Origin: Chiloscyllium plagiosum
Lineage: Eukaryota
Assembly: GCF_004010195.1 (NCBI RefSeq)
Contig: NC_057718.1
Coordinates: 47,473,340-47,517,215, forward strand
DNA length: 43,876 nucleotides
Direction of reading: 5' to 3'
The stretch's first letter is position 1. Each line of letters begins with the position of its first letter. Below are positions 22,560 to 35,270 of the stretch, piece after piece. The position numbers were made by a program, and so were the translations under genes. The notes beneath the pieces were generated by a model, which was not told the DNA's origin, searched no databases, and worked only from the letters and a program-made list of their open reading frames with translations.

Positions 22560-23825
22560 TTCTCTAAAATGTCCAGAACTTGCCCTTCTATTAACTGTTC
22601 TTAAAACATCAAAACTTATTTCTCTGCATTCTCTAGCCTCCATTTCTTTCTTCACAGTAAAAACTGACAATATATTTAGTATCTCTCCCATCTCCTGGGG
22701 TTCAACAGAAAGACTACTTCCTTGATCTTTATGGGCCCTTACCTTCTCTAGTTACCTGCTTACTCTTAATGCATTTGTAGAATCTTTTTGGATTATAGTT
22801 AACCTTATCTGCCAATGCCAACTCATATCCCCTCTTTGTCTTCCTGATTTATTTCTTAAGAATGCCCTGACACTCTTTATATTGATTAAGAGATTCAATT
22901 GATCCCAATTATCTTTATCTAGAATAAGATTCTCTTTTATTCTTGACAACAGTTTCATTAGCTTTATTCATCCATTATTCCTTAAATCTTACCAGCTTTA
23001 CCCTTCACTAACAGGAACATAATGCCTCTGAACGCTCATCACCACGTTCTGGAACCTCACATCTGCCAGACATCCTTTTATCTGCGAATAGTCTATTCCA
23101 ATCAACTTTTGAAAGTTGTTGTATCATAACTTTAAACAAATTAAAAATATTTTAAAACCTTTTATTGAAGTCTTATCTTTTCCAAAACCATTTTGAAACT
23201 AATAGAATTATGATCATTGGATCCAAAAGTGTTCCCCATTTTTACTTCAGTCACCTGCTCTGCCATATTGCCCGTAAGGTCTAGTTTTGCTCCTCCTCTA
23301 TTAGTAATATCACTATGTGGATGCTCCTATTTTTAAAGGTTCTATTTTTAAGTCTGCTAAATTCACTCTGTAAAGCTTTAATCTTTTCCCTAAAAACACC
23401 ATTCGTACTAACGTGTATAATAATTTCCAATTTCTCAATCTCACCGTCAACAATATGTTTGAAATGCATAGTTTATTAGCACCAAGAAAGCAACATACCA
23501 TTCTAACTTTATGCTCACTGCCATAGAATCTCCACTTTAAGCCCCTAGCAGGAGAGCCCCCTATAACAATAATCCTATTACATTTTATCAAACACTAACA
23601 TGAGAACTATTTCCAGTGTCCAATAACTAACTGCCACTTCTATTTTCTTCAGAGAGAATATCCCCTTCAACAGTACCAAAAAACTGAATATCTATTCAAC
23701 AGAGGAACAGCCAGAGACTTTTGAACTACCCTTCTTATCCTTCCTAACAGTCACCCATCTAGCTGACTGCTTTTACTGCGTTATCAATTCTCTAAATCTA
23801 TTAGCCATCTCGGTCTGTACCCCTT

Positions 23826-25082
23826 AGAATTATAGAATCACAGTCCTAGAAATATATAGCATGGAGACTGACCCTTTAGTCCAACTTGATTAATTTAGGA
23901 TATTGGTTGGCATAAACTAGTCCCATTTGCCAGCATTTGGCCCAGATCCCTCTAAACCCTTCCTATTCATATACCTATCCAGATGCCTTTCAAATATTGT
24001 CATTTTACCAGCATCCACCACTTCCTTTGGCAGCTCATTCCAAACACACCCCCTCTAGAGTGGCCCCTCTGGTTCCTTAAATCTTTCCTCTCTCACCCGA
24101 AGCTTATGGACACTAGTTCTGAACTCCCCCCTCCCAGGGAAAAGACCTTGTCTATTTACCCTACCAATGCCCCTCATTATTTTATAAACCTCCAAGGTCA
24201 ACCTTCAACCTCTGATGCTCCAGGGAAAATAGCCCCAGCCTATTCAGCCTCGACCTTTGCTCAAACCCTCCAACCCTGGCAACATCCTTATAAATCTTTT
24301 ATGAACCCTTTCAGATTTCACAACGTCCTTCCGATAGCAGGGAGATGCCCAGAATTGCATGCAGTATTTCAATAGTGGCCTAATCAATGTCCTATACAGT
24401 CGCAACATGACCTCCCAATTCCTATACTCAATGCCTTCTTACTATCCGATCTACCTGTGATGCCACTTTCAAGGAGCTATGAACCTGCACTCCAAGGTTT
24501 CTTTGCTCAGCAACACTCCCTAGGACCTTACCATTGAGTGTATAAGCTTGTTAAGATGTGCTTTCCCAAAATGCAGCACCTCACATTTATCTAAATTAAA
24601 CTCCATTTGAAATTTCTCAGCCATTAGCCCATCTGATCAAGATCCCATTGTAATCTGAGGTGCCCTTCTTTGCTGTCCACTACGCCTCCAATTTTGGTGT
24701 CATCTGCAAACTTACTAACTATACCTCTTATGCTCACCTTGCTCACCAGTCTCCCATGGGGAGCCTTGTCGAATGCCTTACTGAAGTCTATATAGATAAC
24801 ATCTACCACTCTGCATTCAGTCCTCTTACTTCTTCAAAACCTCAATCAAGTTTGTGAAATATGATTTCCCAAGCATAAAGCCATGTTGACTATCCCTAAT
24901 CAGACCTTGCCTTTCCAAATACATGTACATTCTGTCCCTCAGGATTCCCTCCAACAACTTGCCCACCACTGACGTCAGGCTCTATAGTTCCCTGGCTTGT
25001 CCTCACCACCCTATTTAAATAGTGGCACATTAGCCAACTTCCAACACCTCACCTCTGACTAATCGATGATACAACTCTCAGT
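23826..25082 (-). mobile_element. CR1-like LINE, 3' half with deletions; interrupted by a PLE at 25083
   Basis: DVIYIDFSKAFDKAPHGRL, SKFADDTKIGG; tail tagaattatagaatc at the left end. Confidence 0.88.
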
Positions 25083-26101
25083 TCCACCACAGAACACACC
25101 AGGTGGCCTCCTTTAGAGAATTTCCCTTTCCACATGGTTAAAGATGCCCTCCAACGCATCTCATCCACATCCCCCCCCTCCAACAGTAACAAGGACAGTA
25201 ACAGTAACCACATCATCTGACGACATTTCCGCCACCTCCAAACGAACCCCACCACCAGGGATATATTTCCCTCCCCACCCATGTCCGCTTTCCACAAAGA
25301 CCGTTCCCTCCGTGACTACCTGGTCAGGTCCATGCCTCCCAATAACTCACCCTCCCTTCCTAGCACCCTCTCCTGCCACCGCAGGAATTGCAAAATCTGC
25401 ACCCACACCTCCTCCCTCACCTCCATCCAAGGCCCCAAAGGAGCCTTCCATATCCAAAGTTTTACCTGCACATCCACCAATACCATTTATTATATCAGTT
25501 GCTCCTGATGCGGTCTCCTCTACATTTGGGAGACAAGCGCTCTGCTAGGAGGCGTCCATAGGGAACATCTCCAGGACACCCGCACCAATCAACCCCACCA
25601 TCCTGTGGCCCAACATTTCAACTCCCCCTCCCACTCTGCCGAGGACATGCAGGTCCTGGGTCTCCTCCACCACCGCTCACTCACCACCTGATGCCTGGAG
25701 GAAGAATGCCTCATCTTTCACCTCAGGACACTTCAAGCTCATGGCATCAATGTGGATTTCACCAGTTTCATTTCCCCTTCCTCCATCTCACCCCAGCTCC
25801 AGCCTTCCAGCCCAGCACCGCCCTCATGACCTGTCCTACTTGCCCATCTTCCTTTCCACCTACCCACTCCGACCTATCACCTCCATCCCCACCCCCATTC
25901 ACCTATTGCACTATGCTATTTTCTCCCCACCCCCCATCTTTATCTCTCCACTCTGCAAACACCCTGCCTCTATTCCTGATGAACGGCTTTTGCCCGAAAC
26001 GTCGATTTTTCTGCTCCTCGGATGCTGCTTGACCTGTGCTTTTCCAGCACCACTCTAATCTAGACTGTTTTCCAGCATCTGCAGTCCTTGTTTTTACCTT
26101 T
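25083..26101 (+). mobile_element. Penelope-like element family A, 3' part with GIY-YIG and hammerhead, 8-bp TSD
   Basis: SAFHKDRSLRDYLVRS..C.RRNCKIC.H..FTCTSTNTIYYISCS..LYI. CTCTCAGT at 25075-25082 and 26102-26109. Confidence 0.92.
25972..26007 (+). ncRNA. Minimal type I hammerhead ribozyme motif
   Basis: CTGATGA (25976-25982), stem II (C)GGC-TTTT-GCC(C), GAAA (25996-25999), palindromic ACGT, predicted GUC cleavage after 26003. Confidence 0.78.
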
Positions 26102-26194
26102 CTCTCAGTAAGATGCCCAGCAGAGTTCTAGGGTAAACCATGTTGGGTCGAAGGGCCTGTTTCCACACTGTAGGGATTCTCTGATTCTACTTTT

Positions 26195-26500
26195 GTGGCA
26201 CACTGCTGGTCACAGGCCTCGAGTCTGAAAAGCAATCAATCATTCACCACCACCCTCTATCTTCTACCTTTGAACCAGTTCTGTATAGCGAGTTCTCCTT
26301 CTATTCAGCAAGATATAAAAATTTTCACACCACCCATCACAGGCTCACCAGTCTATAATTCCCTGGCTTTTCCTTACCACTTCCTTAAATAGTGGCACTA
26401 CATTAGCCAACCTACAGTCTTCTGGCACTTCACCTGTGACTAATAAAAAAATCCCAGCAAAGGACCCAGCAATCTCTTCCCCAATTTCCCACAGAGTTTC
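26195..26500 (-). mobile_element. CR1-like LINE fragment, continuing at about 27692-27950 after a PLE insertion
   Basis: cactgctggtcacaggcct and ccaccactt/aaatagtggc..ttagccaacctacagtcttctggcac are paralogous to 21815-21840 and 24980-25045. Confidence 0.75.
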
Positions 26501-27691
26501 CACACTTCACCTTCAACAACAAAGTCTACAGACAAACCAACAGAACACCCATAGGATCTCCAATAATCAAGGTTCTTAGCAGAGACAGTAATGCAGAGAC
26601 TCTACCAAACAGCTCTGTCAAGCATCCAACCCAAACTTTGGGTCTGCTACATGGATGACACTATTGTAATCACTAAACAAAACAAATTAGAGGAAACCTT
26701 CAAGACTATCAACAATACCCTTATTGGCATAAACTTCACTGAAGAGGAGGAAAAACAACAAACTGCCATTCCTAGACGTCACAATAAAGCGAACAGTCAA
26801 TGGGAAACTTCAAACCAGTGTCTACTGGAAAACCACATGTACATACCAAATATTGAACTAGGGAAGCAATCACTCCAACATCCACAAAGCTGCATCAGAA
26901 CATTATTTCAATGAGCCACCACACACTGCAGCACAGAGGAACTATGCAGAGCAGAGGAAAATCACCTACAGGCAATTCAAAAGAACGGGCACACAATGAA
27001 TACAGTCCACAGATTTCTCAGCAATAAACCCAAACAAGCAGACAAGATGCGTCCAGAAACCCGAGCCACTCTCCCCTACAAAGGCATCTCAGAAATGACT
27101 GCCAGACTACTCAGACCCCTTGGCATCATGGTGGTCCACAAACCTACCAACAGACTAAAGCAGCAATTAATGAACTTGAAAGACCCTATACAGACAAGAC
27201 AAATATCATTTACAAAGTACCATACAACAACTGTAGCAAAACACTACATTGGACAAACAGGCAGAAAACTAGCCACCAGGATACATGATCAACTAGCCAC
27301 AAAACAACACTCTGTAGTATCCTTACATACAGAGAAGGACGGACACCATTTTGACTGGGACAACACATTCATCCTAGAACAAGCCAGAGACATGCATAAG
27401 AATTCCTAGAAGCATGGCATTCCAACCGGAACTCTATCAACAAACATTGACTTGGACCCCATTTACCTACCCCTCCCCCATAGAGAAAAAGAGCAGCAAA
27501 TGACATCACCAACCCAAAGAAACCCAAACATATAAATAGAAAGCAGGAATCAGCAGCAGTGCTTTGTCTGGAGGCTCACTGAAGGTATTACCTAGTATGG
27601 TGATGAAACATCTGAAAAATGAACCTTCCAGCTCAGCGAGCAAACTTACATCCAGAAGCTCAACCTGAACTCAAGTCTTCTCAAAACTCAC
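26501..27691 (+). mobile_element. Penelope-like element family B (RT C-half, GIY-YIG, 3' tail with hammerhead remnant)
   Basis: WVCYMDDT (RT catalytic motif), TLPYKGISE..ARLLRP, HYIGQTGRKLATRIH (GIY-YIG), HHFDWDN; tail 27575-27690. Confidence 0.9.
27577..27614 (+). ncRNA. Degenerate hammerhead motif (family B PLE)
   Basis: CA-CTGAAGG-T-ATTACC-TAGTAT-GGTGAT-GAAA-CATC-TG. The 6-bp stem II is intact, but the core has CUGAAGG instead of CUGANGA. Confidence 0.6.
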
Positions 27692-28825
27692 CAGTCCTAG
27701 GGAATACTTTTCAAGATATCACTATTTATGTCCTCATTCTCTATCTTTCATACCCCTCTCTACATTAAACACTGATGCAAAAGACTCATTTAGTATTTCC
27801 TGCAGTTCCACGCATAGGCAGCTTTGCTAATATTTAAGGGGCCCTATTTGCTCTGGTTACCCTTTTGCCCTGAAATGTATTTGTAGTATCCCTTCAGATT
27901 CTCCATAACCTTTTTGCTAAAGCGGTCTGATGTCCCTTTTGCACCTTAATCTACTGAATCAGAAAATACCAATTTTACTGCTCTAAAAACACTGCTCCGG
28001 ACTAGCTTAATACTTATGTTTTTATATTTCAAGTTTAGTCAAGAGAGAACTCAATAACAACAAATTAAAAACAAAACCCACTATTGTAGAGATTTACAAA
28101 AGAAAACCAGTAAGGTTACATTTTAAAGTGCCACTTAACTGCTCCCTGCTGTGACCTCCCACTCTCAGGTTTCTTCAAGGTAGCTCAGACTTTTGCTGTT
28201 TATTTTTCTTTGGAAAAACTGATGTCCAGAGATAATTGAAAACAGACAGCAAAAGGCAACAGTTGTGCAGGTAACTGCTGGGTCAGGCAGCAGTGCAAGT
28301 TTCTTTCACTGGTTGAATCACTGCCCTTTGTCGGTCTTCCTCCTTTTTAAGAAGTGTTGTTTTGATCTTCACCCCCTCAGTTCCAAAATAATACAACAGC
28401 TTATAAAGCAGTAATTACTGCTCTAAGAATTTGAGGAAAATCAGTTCCCACACTGAAAATACCTCAAAAATGGGCAGCTCTTACAATTTTTTTTCCGGTC
28501 CTCCATCTTTGATTCCCCAGGATCCTTACACCCTTAAGAAAATTAAGTATTTTAAAAAAGGGTACTTTTAATAGTAAATTGTATATAAAATAAGCTTTTA
28601 CTACATTGTAGGCAATATTAAAATGTAAAAATATTTAATATGAAACACAAATCTTGAAAAAAGTCAACCACTTAGCTTATTAATGGAATTAAAATGACTC
28701 TTCAATAAATTTCAAAAAAGACTTCTTCACAGCTAACCGGTCAGACTCCCCAAAATGACAACACAGCTCCTTGGTTGGAAAATAACACTCTTACAATGTA
28801 AAATAAACTCCCTTTAATGCATAGT

Positions 28826-28831
28826 TTTATT
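28826..28831 (-). promoter_or_regulatory. Candidate distal NENF polyadenylation signal AATAAA
   Basis: tttatt on the plus strand about 570 nt downstream of the stop, followed on the minus strand by U-rich sequence. Confidence 0.45.
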
Positions 28832-29097
28832 AAGTTTCTAAATTTAGAATAAAGAAAATACTTCAGCCATTCAAAAACTTGTTAAAAAAGTCAATTCGGG
28901 AAAAACCCACAATTTTTTGTTCTGTTTGTGTTTTTTTTAATGTTAATGAAAATGAAAAAAAAATCAATGCAGTATAAAAACTAAGAACGGTCATAAAACT
29001 ATAACAAACATTTAAGGGAGTCGGACATCTCAGGAGCAGCTGCAAGATCTACACTACGCTTGTATTGTTAAGAAAGTCTCAATTTTTCCAAACACAC

Positions 29098-29103
29098 TTT
29101 ATT
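29098..29103 (-). promoter_or_regulatory. Candidate proximal NENF polyadenylation signal AATAAA
   Basis: tttatt on the plus strand about 300 nt downstream of the NENF stop codon. Confidence 0.5.
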
Positions 29104-29401
29104 AAACATTATACAAGAAAAACGTAGAACTTAAATATACTGGTCTTATTTGATAGGAATTCCCTTCCGAGTTTTGAAAAGATATACAAACTCTAATAAT
29201 GGACTGCCTATAAAATTGAAATCAGTTCAAGACTACAGTGCTTGATTTTTAAAGGGGTTACTGCCCAATATGAAAATACACAGGGAACCATTTTTTCTTC
29301 TGTTATAATATAAAAAAACTTTATACAACATAGTGTTTGGATTACAGATACTAAATTAGTACAAAAAAACATGAAACAAATATTATAATATAAAACAGGG
29401 A

Positions 29402-29578
<177 letters not shown>

Positions 29579-30450
29579 CTACAAAACAATGAAAAAGTAA
29601 GGAAAACATAGGTAATTGTGAAAGTGGTTTTACATTTGCTGTAAATCAAAAGGGTGTAGAACACAAATCAAACATATGACTTGGAGTTATACTGCTCCAG
29701 TCTGATTTTAAAAGATGATTCTTTCTGGAAATGTGAGCACAGAGATTCTATTTCAGTTCTGCTGAATGGCTGACTTTAAGAGTTTTTCCCTCATTTGATG
29801 TGTGTTATACCACAAATCACAGAAATGTGCTACTGGTAAAAAGAAAACAGCTGCCCAGGTGGAAATGTATCTGTTGGGAAGAGAGTTTATAGAGAGGTTC
29901 TCTGATCAAAGCTGCATTGAAATTTAAAAAAAAACTGTTAAATAAATATCTTTGCTCATAATTTTCTTCATCTTTCACTTCTTCCACACCGGACTGGAGC
30001 ACCCAAGCTGGACTGGTGCTTCAGGGCATTACTGAGAAAAAAAATGCTGCTTTGTTGGAGGTGTTATCTTTTGGGGAGATGTTATATTCAAGTTCTAATT
30101 GTCTGCTATAGAAAGGTTAACATTTTATAGGAAGTGCAAAGAGAGTTAACCAGGTCTTCAGGAAACTATTGTTTTGTAACCATCATCACACAAAAATAAA
30201 AACCAGAATTGACCTTTAAATTTACTGTTACAAAGCTGATAATGTAAGCTATCTTTTGGCTTTCACTGAACTTAGTGATGGCAATTTGAAAAAATGTGGC
30301 TCATTCAGTGCAAACCACTGTGGGGCATAACAGGAGTATTTAATAGGAGTAGCTGTTTGCCAATTTGATCTGAAGCAATAAACACAGCCTCAGCTTATTG
30401 AGCACAGGTAAGATTTTTATTCAGGTTCACAAAGGGGGCGGGGCAAACAG

Positions 30451-30560
30451 AACTGTAGATGCTGGAAATCAAACAAATTGCTGGAAAGACTCAGCAGATC
30501 TGTCAGCATCTGTGGAGAGAAAGCAGAATTAATGTTTCGGGTCCGATAACACTTCAGATA
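30451..30560 (-). repeat. PLE-tail fragment with broken hammerhead in NENF intron
   Basis: Minus strand CTGAAGTGTTATCGGACCC-GAAA-CATTAATTCTGCTTTCTCTCCACAGATGCTG...; same family as 20237-20430. Confidence 0.75.
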
Positions 30561-31155
30561 GTTATCTCTGGAGTGAACGGCCTTGGTCAGCATTTATAGT
30601 TAAAAATACTAAAAAGCAGCATATATTCCTATTTATGCATAACATAATGGTCTTAAATATAGGTATTACAGTTGCTGAAGTATTACTGGTGGGAAGTTGA
30701 AAAGGTGTGTTTTATGATGGGATTATATGGAATAGTAATGGATACATTATTGCAGAGGCATTGGAAAAATGTAAAATACCGAAAAGAGCTGATAGTTATT
30801 TTTACTTAATTATATAATTTAAAATGAAGTATTTTTACATAAGATCAATCCAAGTTGTGAAAGATTGAGTTTAAAGCACAAAATATTATCAATTCTGATC
30901 AAAGTGTGAGTCAATACATTTCTAACTTTAAAAAAATCATATCCTTAGACTAAGATGTCACAGAAATATCAAGAATACCACAGCATTAGTGAGTAAGATG
31001 GACACATGCAATATAATTTGTGTGGAGGATTTTTTATATTAAGCAGTTTCTCAGATTCCACATTGATAATGCATGCCAACCTGAGGCACACCAGCTGGCT
31101 GTTTCCACTTTGGTGCACCATTCTACATCATGTTGTGTTATGTAGAGATTCACTT

Positions 31156-31735
31156 GGTTATGGACTAGGCCAGGCCACTCAAAACATTCTGAAGCAGGGC
31201 AGCCCAAACCATAAACTTTGCAATTTGTTCCGATAAGTGTACAGTGAAAATTACCCAAAGTTAGCAAGGTGGACTACCAGGTTTTAAAAACAGACAAAAG
31301 TTTATTCACATTACACAATGAAACACAGAACAGAATAAAGAACCCTGACAGAACTCTGTCTATCCAAACTAGACTTAATTACACTGTTACAAATATACAC
31401 AGCAGTCCCAATAAGCACTCTCTTGAGGGAGACAGAGACAGTGTTTTCACACACTTCACTGTTGAACTTCCAACTAGTTCTGAACTGAACTGCTCAGCTC
31501 TCGAGCTGATCACTGCCATGGCTTTATACAGATCACTTCTAAAACTGACCACTTCGGCCTGAAGTCTCATTTGTTTACATATAAACAAAAAAGCCTCTCC
31601 ATACCCTTTAATCTCTGTACCAAACCAGTCTAATTGGCACCAGGAACAGTGTATTACCCCTCTGGAAAAACCAAGGATACAATATCCTTGAGAAAAGGGA
31701 AGAGCTTTTAGAAAAAAGGAACCCGCTTTGTGTCA
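31156..31735 (-). mobile_element. Solo LTR, family 1, in NENF intron
   Basis: Reverse homolog of 10457-11077; ACTT at 31152-31155 and 31736-31739; minus-strand AATAAA at 31301-31306. Confidence 0.88.
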
Positions 31736-31944
31736 ACTTTCAAAGGTTTTGGGCATCTGTTGAGTGTTTGTTGCTTATATGAAGTATTTCTGTTTTCTCT
31801 CTGCCCTCCTTTGTGCTTTTTCCATGCTGGATCTATCCGCACACCTGCCCTCCCCTGAGCCATTGCTCACTCTGGACTTTATTCCCTGGTGCATTTGTTT
31901 CTTCCTTGATGCTTTTTACATAGGTTTTTAAATATAAAAAAAGT

Positions 31945-32395
31945 ACTCATCCAGATGCTTAAGTGTTGTAAGAGTACATGCCTCCACCACCCTCTCAAAC
32001 AGAGTGTTCCATTTATCTATCTTCCTTTGGGTGAAAAAGACATCCCCTCCACCATTTTCTCCTCACCTTTAACTGCTGTCCTCTGATCTTAGATACATCT
32101 ACATGAAGAGAATCTCACGATCTACTCTGTCTATGCTGCTCACTTGTGTATCTCAATCAGATCTTCTCTCAATCTCCTCTGTTCCAAGGAAAAGAAACCC
32201 AGCCTATCAATCTCAGTTTATAACAGAGCTTTCATCCCAGGCAACTTCCTAGTGAATATCTTCGGCACCCTCAGTGCAATTATGTCCTTCTGATAATGTG
32301 GCAACCAGAACTTTACACAGTACTCTGTGGCCTAACCAATGTTTTGTAAAATTGTAACAAGGCATCCTTGTTCCTACATTCTACACTTGGGTAAA
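31945..32395 (-). mobile_element. Degraded CR1-like LINE 3' region
   Basis: Similar to the reverse-strand 3' portions at 23960-24430. Confidence 0.65.
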
Positions 32396-32754
32396 ATAGC
32401 CCTGTGTGTCTCTTCCACACTTCTCTCACCACAGATACTGCCGAACCCACTAGACCTTTATTTCAGAATTTCAGCATTGCATTATTCCCTGACAAGATTA
32501 ATCTGAAACCAAAATAGTTTCAAAATCACTGCCATTGGTCTCTGTACAGATGTCAGGGCATTAAACAATTCATCTATGAAAATGTTGCTGATAACAATTA
32601 AGTGATTAAAGCATTGAATAGTTTCTGAAAGGAGGGAGGTCTTCAAGACAGGTTGCACTAAAATGCTTTAAAATTAATATTAAAAATACACAAAAGTAGT
32701 TACGTAGCAAGTTTGATCATGTTTCTGTCAAAGATGTTGCATTAATTGTTCACT

Positions 32755-33046
32755 GGCTCAGTGGTTAGAACTGTTGCCTCACAGCGCCAGGGAGCTGGGT
32801 TCAATTCCAGCCTATGTGGAGTTTGTACATTCTCCCCACATCTGTGTGGGTTTCCTCCCACAATCGAAGATGTGGAGTTCAGGTGAATTGGCCATGCTAA
32901 ATTGCCTGTAGTGTTCAGCGATGTGTAGATTAATTGCATTAGTCTGGGGTAAAATGTAGGGGAATAGGTCTGGGTGGGTTACTCTTCAGAGGGTTGGTGT
33001 AGACTCGTTGGGGCGAAGGGCCTATTTCCACACTGTAGGGATTCTG
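32755..33046 (+). mobile_element. HE1-like SINE
   Basis: ggctcagtggttag..gcctcacagcgccaggg..gggttcaattcc head; tail gaagggcctatttccacactgtagggattct. Confidence 0.88.
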
Positions 33047-34463
33047 TATTCTAACATCATAGAGCTCCATCCAGAGGTACGGCAGACAGTAGCAATAAGC
33101 AGGACTGTATACTTTATTAGCATTGGAATTCCCAATTACAGTGCCCCTAGTGATAGTAAAGGTCCTTGCATAAAAATTAAAAATACAGTAAAGCAAAATG
33201 AAAAAGAGAACTGCAGATGCCAGAGAATTGAAACAAAGAACTACTTGAGAAATGCTGCCCCATTGCTCCACAGAGGCTGGCAACTTGAAACAATGGTCTG
33301 AATCCCATATCCAAAACATATTCATCCCCTTCGGATGACACTCACCAACATCCCCCAGCCCCAAGACAATGTGCAGAACCCCTCTTAACAATGCTCAGCC
33401 TGCCTCTCCCACAACCATTCTGAGTCCCTAGCCTTTACCTGGTTAATACTGGAAGAGAAAGTCAGTCCAGGAAGTGGGAAAACAGCACTGGTGAAATATT
33501 GTGCAGCATTGCAGGTAGAACTTATAAACTGATATCACACAGTCCTAAGTCAATGAACTGAAGACAGACCTTAATTACCTTCCCATTCTGCACATCACTG
33601 AATTAAATGGAAAGTCAGGACTGGAAGATCAAGACCATTGATTTGTTTTGTAGGTGCTGCCAGAACTGCTGAATCTTCAGCACTTTTGTCTTTTAAGTAG
33701 TATTGAAATATCAATCTTGGCATTCCCTCAAAAGTGTTTTCAGAACAATTTTTAAAGAAGTAAAGAACAGGTATCTGAAATATTTACAGTGAGGCATTGC
33801 TAAGTTGATCCAATTGGCTAGTGTCATGTTTGAGTAGTGGAAAAATATTTATTTTAAAATTGGATTATGGGGAAAAAACTTTGCAAGTAAGCTGTGGAAG
33901 GAGATTAAAAATGTATTTGTAGGTTTATCCATATGCTTATGAAATAGTTTGAGGCATTGTTCTCATGCACGTTGGTGCTGAAATAAGCTGTGTTCTTACA
34001 GTAGTTAAGAGCAACATGAACTTCGTTAAAATGAATTCATGTTTGTTTTAAAAGAGATTATTGAAGAAAGTTGTATCTCACTGCACAAGTTTATAGCCAA
34101 TACTTAAGTTACACTTTGTTTATAAGCATTTAAACAAAAAGCACACAGACTCAAAAAAAAAAACACCAAGAACATAGGACAATACAATTCAGCCATAATT
34201 TGCTGCTTGAAATTTACACTCAGAAAATAAGCAACCTGCCCACAAACTGGAAACTTATTTCAGTTGAATTTTATGCACAAAGGTGAGGGAGATCACTTAA
34301 GCTGGAGTTTCCTGTCCCATTGAAAAAATGGAATGCTTTTTGAGCCCATCAACATTTTCATTCTGGGCTTGACTATATTCAGTTTAAAATGAAGGCTCTA
34401 TAATCCCTTAAAGTTGCAGTAATGTTCCTGAAAAGTGCAACTTTAAGCGAATCAGATTTTTCC

Positions 34464-35270
34464 ATAGACATGGAACATAGAACAAACAGCACAGATCAGG
34501 CCCTTTGGCCCACGATGTTGTGCTGAACATTTGTCCTAGCTTAAGCACCTGTCCAATTGCTGCTTAAAGGTCACCAATGATTCTGACTCCGCCACTCCCA
34601 CAGGCAGTGCATTCCATGCCCCCACCACTTTCTGGGTAAAGAACCTACCCCTGACATCCCCCCCATACCTTCCACCCTTCACCTTAAATTTGTGACCCAT
34701 TGTAACACTGTTGTACCCAGGGAAAAAGTTTCTGACTGTCTACTCTATCCATTCCTCTGATCATCTTATAAACCCCTATCAAGTCACCCCTCTTATTTGT
34801 CCTTCCAAAATGGACAACCTCACACTTGACAGGGTTGAACTCCATCTGTCACTCCTCAGCCCAGCTCTGCATCATATCGAAGTCCCTTTGCAGCCGACAA
34901 CAGCCCTCCTCACTATCCACAACTCCACCAATCTTTGTATCATCTGCAAATTTACTGACCCACCCTTCGACTCCCTCTTCCAATAAAAATTACAAACAGC
35001 AGAGGACCCAGAACTGATCCCTGCGGAACTCCACTTGTAACTGGGCTCCCGGCTGAATATTTACCATCTACCACCACTCTCTGACTTCGACCGGTTAGCC
35101 AGTTTTCTATCCAACTGGCCAAATTTCCCTCTATCCCATGCCTCCTTACTTTCCGCATAAGCCTACCACGGGGAACCTTATCAAATGCCTTACTAAAATC
35201 CATGTACACTACATCCATTGCTTTACCCTCATCCACATGCTTGGTCACCTCCTCAAAGAATTCAATAATT
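34464..35270 (-). mobile_element. CR1-like LINE fragment (RT + 3' end, internally deleted)
   Basis: DVVYMDFSKAFDKVP..VTSGVPQGSVLGPLLFVIFI; tail catagacatggaacatagaaca. Confidence 0.88.

Larger units (their letters stand above)
20745..23820 (-). mobile_element. Long decayed CR1-like LINE (ORF1 esterase to 3' end, with deletions and two tandem duplications)
   Basis: RIIVIGGSPARG..RMVCCFLGA (ORF1), WRPVTSGVPQGSGLGPLSF..FAVDTKIGG (RT), LSYKERLDKL..LAEVYKIM..TRGH (C-terminus). Confidence 0.88.

Noticed and set aside
27960..28520. Possible CR1 5' UTR or separate repeat
   Set aside because: It adjoins a minus-strand CR1-like fragment and has a repeated ttactgctcta, but there is no second copy in the window to confirm.
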